Positions 8,115 to 14,966 of a stretch of 64,000 nucleotides of DNA are shown piece by piece; positions within the stretch are counted from its first letter, which is position 1, and each line of letters starts with the position of its first letter. Made by a program: the position numbers and the translations under genes. The notes under the pieces are model-generated. The model was not told the DNA's origin, made no database searches, and saw only the letters and a program-made list of their open reading frames with translations. The stretch comes from a bacterium (GTDB lineage Bacteria > Bacteroidota > Bacteroidia > Bacteroidales > Bacteroidaceae): positions 954-64,953 of the forward strand of contig CAVGCV010000010.1 in the NCBI GenBank assembly GCA_963627995.1, read 5' to 3'.

Positions 8115-10670
8115 ATGACACGACGAACATTCCTTGCAGTCCTTGTGCTGCTGGCGACACGCTTCGCAGCCGCCCCGCCGGCCCTTGCGGCCGACCGATT
8201 CGTCCTTTTTGAGAAAACGCCCGATGCCGCCGTCTTCACAGAGGGGCGCAGCGCGGTGCGCGTCGAGGTTGACGGCGACGACCACCGTGGCGTGCGCGCC
8301 GCCGTGCACAACCTGCTCGACGACATCGACCGCGCCACGGGCGTGCGCCCCAACGCCGCCTCCTCCGCGCCCATGACCGTTGTCGTCGGCAGCCTCGACC
8401 GCAGCCGCTTCATCAAGGACTTGGTGAAGTCGGGGGCGATCGACGCGAAAGCCCTGCGCGGAAAGACCGAGAAGTTTGTCATCAAGGTCGAGGCCGACCG
8501 CATCGTCATCGCCGGCAGCGACCAGCGCGGCACGATTTACGGCGTTTACGAACTCGCCGAGCAGCTTGGCGTGTCGCCCTGGGCGTGGTGGGCCGACGTG
8601 CCAGTCGCGCGCCACGACGCCGTTTATTTGTCGAAGGGAGAGTACACCGATGGCGAGCCGGCCGTGCGCTACCGGGGCATCTTCATCAACGACGAGGCTC
8701 CTTGCCTCACGTCGTGGGTGAAGAACACCTATGGCACGTCCTATGGCGACCATCGTTTCTATGCGCGCGTGTTCGAGCTCATTCTCCGGCTGCGCGGCAA
8801 CCTCCTGTGGCCCGCCATGTGGAGCTGGGCGTTCTACGCCGACGACCCGGCCAATGGCGCGACGGCCGACAGCCTCGGCGTGGTGATAGGCACGTCGCAC
8901 CACGAGCCCATGGCGCGCAACCACCAGGAGTGGGCGCGCCGCCGCAAGGAGTGGGGTGCGTGGAACTACCGTACCAACCAGGGCGCGATAGACCGGTTCT
9001 TCCGCGAGGGCATCGAGCGCATGAAGGGCACGGAGGACATCGTGACGATAGGCATGCGCGGCGACGGGGACGAGGCGATGAGCAAGGAAACCGACACGCG
9101 GCTGCTGGAGCAGGTGGTGGCCAACCAGCGCAAAATCATACGGCAGGTGACGGGCAAGCCCGCCAGCCAGACGCCGCAAGTGTGGGCGCTCTATAAGGAA
9201 GTGCTCGACTACTACGATGCCGGGATGCGCGTGCCCGACGACGTGACCATGCTCCTGTGCGACGACAACTGGGGCAACATCCGCCGCTTGCCGGACGCTG
9301 CCGAACGCCGCCGTGCGGGAGGGTGGGGCATGTACTACCACGTCGATTACGTGGGTGCGCCCCGCAACTCGAAGTGGCTCTGCAACACCCCCGTCCAAAA
9401 CATGTGGGAGCAGATGACCCTGGCCTACGACTACGGCGTGGACAGGCTGTGGATTCTCAACGTGGGCGACATCAAGCCCATGGAGTACAGCATCAGCGAG
9501 TTTCTCTCCCTTGCCTGGAACCCGCGTGCCTACGATGCCGACAACCTGCTCGACCACACCCGGCGATGGTGCGCCCAGCAGTTCGGCGGCGACGTGGCCG
9601 ACGAGGCGGCGCGCATCCTCAACCTCCAGCTCAAGTACAGCGGGCGGGTGACGGCCGAGATGCTCGACGCGAAGACCTACGACCTCGCCTCGGGAGAATG
9701 GGAGCGCGTGGTGAACGAGTACCGCCAGCTGGAGCTGGACGCGCTGCGGCTGCGCGACCGCGTGGCTCATCGCGACGCCTACTTCCAGCTGATTCTCTTC
9801 CCCGTGCAGGCCATGGCAAACCTCTACGAGCTGTACTATGCTCAGGCCATGAACCACAGGCTCTACGCGGCGTCCGACCCCGAGGCCAACGTCTGGGCTG
9901 ACCGCGCGGAGCGCGCCTTCGGCCGCGACGCCGAGCTTTGCCGCCAGTACAACGAGGAGCTGGCTGGAGGCAAGTGGCGCGGCATGATGACGCAAAAGCA
10001 CATCGGCTACACTTCGTGGAACGACAACTTCCCGCGCGACACCATGCCCGCGGTCTACCGGGTGGGGGTCGTGACCGACGACGGCGCGTCGGCTGCCAAC
10101 CGCGGCAAGTGCGTGTTCACAGCCCGGGACGGGATGGTGGCCATGGAAGCGGAGCATTATTTCCATGCCGCGGCTCCTGCCTCGCCGAAGGCGCACTGGA
10201 CGGTCGTCCCCCACATGGGGCGCACGCTGAGCGGCGTGGCGGTGATGCCCTATACCGAGCCTACCGACGGAGCGGAGCTGACCTACAGGATGCGCGTGCC
10301 GGCTGCGGCGCGCGAGGCTACCGTGCGCGTCATGGTGAAGTCGAACCTTGCTTTCCAGCGCGCCGATGGGCACCGCTATGCCGTGGCCTTCGACGGCGGC
10401 GAGGCACAGACGGTGAACTTCAACGGCCACCTCAACGAGAAGCCCGAGAACATCTATGACGTGTATTATCCCACCGTGGCGCGGCGTGTCGTCACCTCCA
10501 CCCTGCGCTTTGCGCTGACAGGAAAGGGTACGGGCGACGGACTGGTGGAGCGCACGCTCTCCCTGCGCCCGCTCGACCCCGGCGTGGTGTTTGAGAAAAT
10601 CTACATCGACCTCGACGGCACGCACCCCGCCACCTACCTCGGCTACCCCGAGAGTGCGTTCAGCCGCTGA
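8115..10670 (+). CDS. Glycoside hydrolase family 115 (xylan alpha-glucuronidase-like)
   Basis: 851 aa with a signal peptide. GTIYGVYELAEQLGVSPWAWWADVP, YRGIFINDEAPCL, GTSHHEPM, IGMRGDGDEAM and LLCDDNWGN blocks are characteristic of GH115. Confidence 0.85.
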   Translation: MTRRTFLAVLVLLATRFAAAPPALAADRFVLFEKTPDAAVFTEGRSAVRVEVDGDDHRGVRAAVHNLLDDIDRATGVRPNAASSAPMTVVVGSLDRSRFIKDLVKSGAIDAKALRGKTEKFVIKVEADRIVIAGSDQRGTIYGVYELAEQLGVSPWAWWADVPVARHDAVYLSKGEYTDGEPAVRYRGIFINDEAPCLTSWVKNTYGTSYGDHRFYARVFELILRLRGNLLWPAMWSWAFYADDPANGATADSLGVVIGTSHHEPMARNHQEWARRRKEWGAWNYRTNQGAIDRFFREGIERMKGTEDIVTIGMRGDGDEAMSKETDTRLLEQVVANQRKIIRQVTGKPASQTPQVWALYKEVLDYYDAGMRVPDDVTMLLCDDNWGNIRRLPDAAERRRAGGWGMYYHVDYVGAPRNSKWLCNTPVQNMWEQMTLAYDYGVDRLWILNVGDIKPMEYSISEFLSLAWNPRAYDADNLLDHTRRWCAQQFGGDVADEAARILNLQLKYSGRVTAEMLDAKTYDLASGEWERVVNEYRQLELDALRLRDRVAHRDAYFQLILFPVQAMANLYELYYAQAMNHRLYAASDPEANVWADRAERAFGRDAELCRQYNEELAGGKWRGMMTQKHIGYTSWNDNFPRDTMPAVYRVGVVTDDGASAANRGKCVFTARDGMVAMEAEHYFHAAAPASPKAHWTVVPHMGRTLSGVAVMPYTEPTDGAELTYRMRVPAAAREATVRVMVKSNLAFQRADGHRYAVAFDGGEAQTVNFNGHLNEKPENIYDVYYPTVARRVVTSTLRFALTGKGTGDGLVERTLSLRPLDPGVVFEKIYIDLDGTHPATYLGYPESAFSR

Positions 10671-10719
10671 CCCGCGTGCGACACTTCAAACGACACAACG
10701 CAAGAAAAATGCAAGAACG

Positions 10720-12408
10720 ATGGACAAGCACGTGCTCTTTTCTGTCCTGATGGCCATGCCTGGCCTTGCGGCCACGACCCAGACGATGCCTGCGGAGGCG
10801 GTCAAGACTGCCACGCAGACCAATCCGGTCAGCCCCTTCCTCTTCTGCGCCGACCCGACGGCGGTGGAACACGACGGGCGGCTCTACGTCTATGGAACGA
10901 ACGACCACTACCAGTACGTCGCCAACGGTGGAACGGGCAAGAACGGCTACGGAGCCATCAAGTCGCTCGTCGTCCTCTCCACCGACGACATGGTGAACTG
11001 GACGCACCACGGCATCATCGACGTGGGGCGGCTCTGCGGCAGCTGGTGCGCCGCGTCGTGGGCACCCTCCGTCGTTAGCCGGACGGAGGACGACGGGCTG
11101 ACGCATTTCTATCTCTACTTCTCGAACTCCGGCGGGGGTGTCGGCGTATTGACGGCCACGTCGCCCACAGGCCCGTGGACATCCCCGCTCGACCATGCGC
11201 TCATCTCCAAGTCCACGCCCGGCGTGGGCAACTGCTCGTGGCCGTTCGACCCGGGCGTGGCCATCGACGACGACGGAACGGGGTGGATTGCTTTCGGCGG
11301 CGGCAGTGTCACCGCTGGCGGCTCGGAACTCCTGCGCGGCAACGCGCGCATCGCGCAGCTCGGACGCGACATAATTTCGATTGAGGGCAGCGCGGTCGAT
11401 GTGCCCGCCCCCTACCATTTCGAGGCGAACGAGCTGAACGTGATGAACGGAAAACTCGTATTGACCTACTGCTCCTCGTGGTCGGAGCGAACGGAATGGC
11501 CGAAATACGGCAGCCCGCTCGACGCGCCGACAGCGTGCAGCATGTGCTATATGGCGACCGACACGCCGCTCGACCCCTCTTCATGGAAGTACAAAGGGCA
11601 GTACCTCAAGAATCCGGGCGCATTTGGCTATCCCTACAGCAACAACCACACGCACTTGCAGAAGTTCGGCAACGCCTACTACCTTTTCTACCACACGCAG
11701 TGGTTGGAGAACGCGCTCGCCACGGGCGCGAGCGGTTTCCGCAACATTGCCGTGAACCGCGCGTCGGTGGTGGAGCGCTTGCAGCGCGTCGGCGAGGTCA
11801 AGGCCAGCAACAGCGGCGTCTCGCAGCTGAAAAAGGTCAATCCCTACGCACGGCGGCAGGCGGAGTGTTTTGCCACGAGCGGCGGGCTGGACTATGCCAA
11901 CATCTTCAGCGAGCGGCTTGCGTCGCGCAATGACTCGCACCTCAATCAGGTGGTGGGCAAATTGGCTGCCGGGATGTGGACGATGGTGCGCGGGGTTGAT
12001 TTCGGCGGCGACGGCGCGGCGCAGTTCGCGGCGCGCCTGCGCGGCGGCGGTACGCTGGAGGTGCGCCTCGACCGCGTGGATGCCGCGCCTGTGGCGACGC
12101 TGCGGTTCGATAGCCCCGACTTTGCCGAGCATACGGTGGATTTGGCCGACGGCGCAGTAGCTGCGGGCATCCACGACGTGTATTTCGTGTTCACGCGCGC
12201 CGATGGGGATGTCCGTTTCGATACATGGCGGTTTCTTGCCGCCGCTCCCAATGCCGTCGCACATCTTCCCAATGGCAATGGCGCACAGCGGGTGGACTAT
12301 CTTGACCTTGCGGGACGCAATCTGCCGGACGTGCCGGGCCGTGGCGTTGTCCTTCGTCGCACAGTCCTTGGCGACGGAACGGCATGCACGGAAAAGGTCC
12401 GCTTCTAA
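10720..12408 (+). CDS. GH43 arabinofuranosidase/xylosidase-like enzyme with CBM6-like module and a probable T9SS C-terminal sorting tail
   Basis: ORF 10591.. trimmed to MDKHVLFSVLMAMPGLAA (ATG 10720). FCADPTAVEHDGRLYVYGTND, DMVNWTHHG, WAPSVV, FDPGVAIDDDG (GH43). C-terminal ...WTMVRGVDFGGDGAAQFAARLRGGGTLEVRLD...DVYFVF (CBM6-like). Tail RVDYLDLAGRNLPDVPGRGVVLRRTVLGDGTACTEKVRF resembles a Por/T9SS CTD. Confidence 0.85.
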   Translation: MDKHVLFSVLMAMPGLAATTQTMPAEAVKTATQTNPVSPFLFCADPTAVEHDGRLYVYGTNDHYQYVANGGTGKNGYGAIKSLVVLSTDDMVNWTHHGIIDVGRLCGSWCAASWAPSVVSRTEDDGLTHFYLYFSNSGGGVGVLTATSPTGPWTSPLDHALISKSTPGVGNCSWPFDPGVAIDDDGTGWIAFGGGSVTAGGSELLRGNARIAQLGRDIISIEGSAVDVPAPYHFEANELNVMNGKLVLTYCSSWSERTEWPKYGSPLDAPTACSMCYMATDTPLDPSSWKYKGQYLKNPGAFGYPYSNNHTHLQKFGNAYYLFYHTQWLENALATGASGFRNIAVNRASVVERLQRVGEVKASNSGVSQLKKVNPYARRQAECFATSGGLDYANIFSERLASRNDSHLNQVVGKLAAGMWTMVRGVDFGGDGAAQFAARLRGGGTLEVRLDRVDAAPVATLRFDSPDFAEHTVDLADGAVAAGIHDVYFVFTRADGDVRFDTWRFLAAAPNAVAHLPNGNGAQRVDYLDLAGRNLPDVPGRGVVLRRTVLGDGTACTEKVRF

Positions 12409-12440
12409 CGCTTTCCGATAAGCGTCCACACCTTCTTCCC

Positions 12441-12485
12441 AAAAGCTGTGGGGCTGTCAAAACGACACGGCCCCACAGCTTTTTC
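12441..12485. terminator. Hairpin terminator A (AAAAGCTGTGGGGC...GCCCCACAGCTTTTT) after the GH43-CBM6 gene
   Basis: 14-bp perfect stem flanked by A4 and T5, 33 bp after the stop at 12408. Related to the hairpin at 12799-12844. Confidence 0.75.
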
Positions 12486-12618
12486 TTGTTTCCGATGCAA
12501 GCAGAAACGCGAGAAAGGTGCACACGGCTGCGCAAGGCAACGTTCTTTCCGCTTGCGGGATTCGCTCGCTTTTCGGCTTTTGTAAGCCATTGAAAAATAG
12601 AGTGTTGTGCGTTTCTGT

Positions 12619-12728
12619 AAAAACACTGCGGAGCGCGTGTCTTTTCTCTGCGGAGGAAATGGCTTTCGTCCGCAGAGAAAAACTTTTTTCTCCGCAGTGT
12701 CTTTTCCGCCGCTCCGCAGTGTTTTTTT
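12619..12728 (+). repeat. Copy 2 of the five-module CTGCGGAG element (F-F-R-R-R; nested perfect palindromes)
   Basis: Cores at 12625, 12647, 12669, 12691 and 12713, exactly 22 bp apart. Outer 17-bp inverted repeat 12619-12635 / 12710-12726. Inner 13-bp inverted repeat 12642-12654 / 12669-12681. Confidence 0.9.
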
Positions 12729-12798
12729 CTATGATTCTTAATACTTTAATTTCCAGTGGTTTACATCCGATTCGCCTACAAGGGACGCAAGACGACGG

Positions 12799-12844
12799 AA
12801 AAGCTGTGGGGATGTGCCAGAACGACACATCCCCACAGCTTTTT
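12799..12844. terminator. Hairpin terminator B (AAAAGCTGTGGGGATGTG...CACATCCCCACAGCTTTT) after the SusD gene
   Basis: 18-bp perfect stem, 9-nt loop, A/T tracts on both sides, 26 bp beyond the minus-strand stop at 12870. Confidence 0.75.
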
Positions 12845-12869
12845 GAATGGTGAGAGCGCTTTCTTTACT

Positions 12870-14942
12870 TCACTTCACGTTCCATGCGGGTTTTGTGAAA
12901 TACCAAAGGCCGGTGTTGTGGAGCTTTGAGTAAAGGGCTTCGTTGCGCATGATGGCTGGCTGCGAGCCGTCGTCGGACGCCTGGCGGTTGTCGCGGTCGG
13001 CAATTTTGGAGGCCAGCCAGTCGGTGCCGTCGTAGCCGCTGGCATTCTTGTGGGTCGCCATGCGCACGAGGTCGCTGAACCGGTAGCCTTCGAAAGCAAG
13101 CTCGAGGGCGAGCTCGTCGCTGATGACGTTCTCGACAGCGTTGATGATGTCGGCTTTCGATGCGTGTTCCCAGTCGATTCCTTCGGCTTCCAGCCGTGGC
13201 TTAAAGTCGAACACGGTGCTGTCGTTGTAGCCCGTGATGTTGGTGACGGGCGATTCGGTGAGCGACGGCCATGTGTTGAAGCTCCTGTTGTAGTAGGCCA
13301 AGTATCCGCATCCACGGGCATGGATTCCGTAGTTCTTGTCCCAAATCTCGTCGTTGAAGTCGAGGAAGAAGTTGGCCATTTCGGTGGAGTCGACATAGTG
13401 CATGGCTCCGTTGGAATTGTAGCGGGTGTAATGGACGGTCAGTGTTTCGCTGATGACGGCTCCGTTCTCGTCAAGCAGCGCGTTGCCGTCTTCGTCGAGG
13501 TGTACCTTGGTTTCGGTCTTCACGGCCTTGGTGTCGGGGCAGTTGTTCCTGTTGAGTCCGTCCTTCAGGATGGCAAAGGCAACGGATGGATAGCCGGCGC
13601 GGTTGATGGCCTCGGCGAGGCGCAGCCATACGAGCGACTTGCGGTAGACGGGGATTGAATAATAGAACGTGCGCCCCTTGGCTGCCTTGCAGGCAAGCTG
13701 GTAGGTGTTGCCTTCGTAAACGACGGACTGGGTGGCGGAAGCGTAGCGCGCGTCTCCGCACTCGTAGTCTTCGCGCAGCGTGTTGGTGATGTCCCAATTG
13801 ACATAGGTCTGTGCCTTGTTGATGGACTTGTAGCTTTCGGATGCAAGGACTTGGGCGCGGTAGGTGGGGGTGACGGAGATGGCTCCTGACGTGGAAACAC
13901 TCTCATTCCCGCTTTCGTCGGTGGATACTTCGCTGTCGTTTTGGCGCGAAGATGGCGTGTATCCAAAGATGTCGGCCACGCGCATGAGCATGGTTCCGAA
14001 CTGCTTGTTGGCTGACGACGGAATGATTGTGATGACTTCGGACGATGCGGACTTTGTGTAGCTGGAGGCGAAATTGCCCCATCCGTTCATGGCCGTATAG
14101 CCGTACGGATTGTTGCCGCTGGTTCCGAAGCTGGTTTTTTGTGCAAGGCAGTACTGCTGTGTGGTGTTGGTGGATGTGCCTTGCAGGTAGTCGAAGTAGT
14201 ATTGCGCAGCTTTCCGGTAGTCGCTTTCGTCGTTGCCACGGAGCAGGTAAAGGTCGCCCAGCACGAGGCGGACAGGAAAGAAGCAGAGGCTGGACGAAAT
14301 ATCGACGGCTCCGTTGTTGTAGTTGCCGTAGTTGGGGTAGTCGGTGTCGATGTATCTCGTCAGTCCGAGCGCGAGCAGGCGGTCAAGGAGATTGTCTTTG
14401 TTCACCAGGTTGGCCTGGTAGTTGAAGTTCTTTACCACGTCGAGCGAGGCAATCGGCTCGGAAATGAAGGGCACTTCGCCATACATTTCCACCAGCTTGA
14501 GGTAAGTCCACGCGCGGATGGCTTGCACTTGGGCATACTCGGGGAGCATGAACTTGACATTGTTCTTGACGGCATTGGTGTCGGCGTTGGCAATGTAAAG
14601 GTTGCAGTTGTTGATGACGGCGTAGTAGTCGCTGATGTCGAGCATGGAGCAGCTGCCATCGGACGGATTGTCGAAGTTGGCGATGGCGTGGAGCGTGTCG
14701 GTGACGTATTGCGACGGCGAGCAGAGGTCGCCGCGCACCTCGTTGAGAATCACCTGCCGTTCGGCGATGTCCTGTACGTGCTTGAGGATGCCGAGGTAGG
14801 AATAGAGCGTGTCGTTGGCATTGACATAGATTTTGTCGCCCGTGTCGATGGTGAGCATGTCCTCGCAGGAGGTCGTTGCCAGTCCTGTGCTGCAGAGAAT
14901 GGCAAGAAGGCGTATGATGTTCTTAATTTTCATGACTTTCAT
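12870..14942 (-). CDS. SusD/RagB-family outer-membrane lipoprotein (distal pair)
   Basis: 698-aa ORF trimmed to MKVMKIKNIIRLLAILCSTGLATTSCEDML (lipoprotein signal with Cys). Lies 24 bp downstream of a SusC gene. Length and N-terminal C-E-D-M-L-T pattern are typical of SusD-like proteins. Confidence 0.85.
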   Translation of the reverse strand: MKVMKIKNIIRLLAILCSTGLATTSCEDMLTIDTGDKIYVNANDTLYSYLGILKHVQDIAERQVILNEVRGDLCSPSQYVTDTLHAIANFDNPSDGSCSMLDISDYYAVINNCNLYIANADTNAVKNNVKFMLPEYAQVQAIRAWTYLKLVEMYGEVPFISEPIASLDVVKNFNYQANLVNKDNLLDRLLALGLTRYIDTDYPNYGNYNNGAVDISSSLCFFPVRLVLGDLYLLRGNDESDYRKAAQYYFDYLQGTSTNTTQQYCLAQKTSFGTSGNNPYGYTAMNGWGNFASSYTKSASSEVITIIPSSANKQFGTMLMRVADIFGYTPSSRQNDSEVSTDESGNESVSTSGAISVTPTYRAQVLASESYKSINKAQTYVNWDITNTLREDYECGDARYASATQSVVYEGNTYQLACKAAKGRTFYYSIPVYRKSLVWLRLAEAINRAGYPSVAFAILKDGLNRNNCPDTKAVKTETKVHLDEDGNALLDENGAVISETLTVHYTRYNSNGAMHYVDSTEMANFFLDFNDEIWDKNYGIHARGCGYLAYYNRSFNTWPSLTESPVTNITGYNDSTVFDFKPRLEAEGIDWEHASKADIINAVENVISDELALELAFEGYRFSDLVRMATHKNASGYDGTDWLASKIADRDNRQASDDGSQPAIMRNEALYSKLHNTGLWYFTKPAWNVK

Positions 14943-14966
14943 GTTTTGTGTGGTGGTCAATGGCAA

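Noticed and set aside
8085-10625. 846-aa - strand ORF antisense to the GH115 gene
   Set aside because: Same reasoning. The GH115 frame carries the family motifs and the antisense frame carries none.
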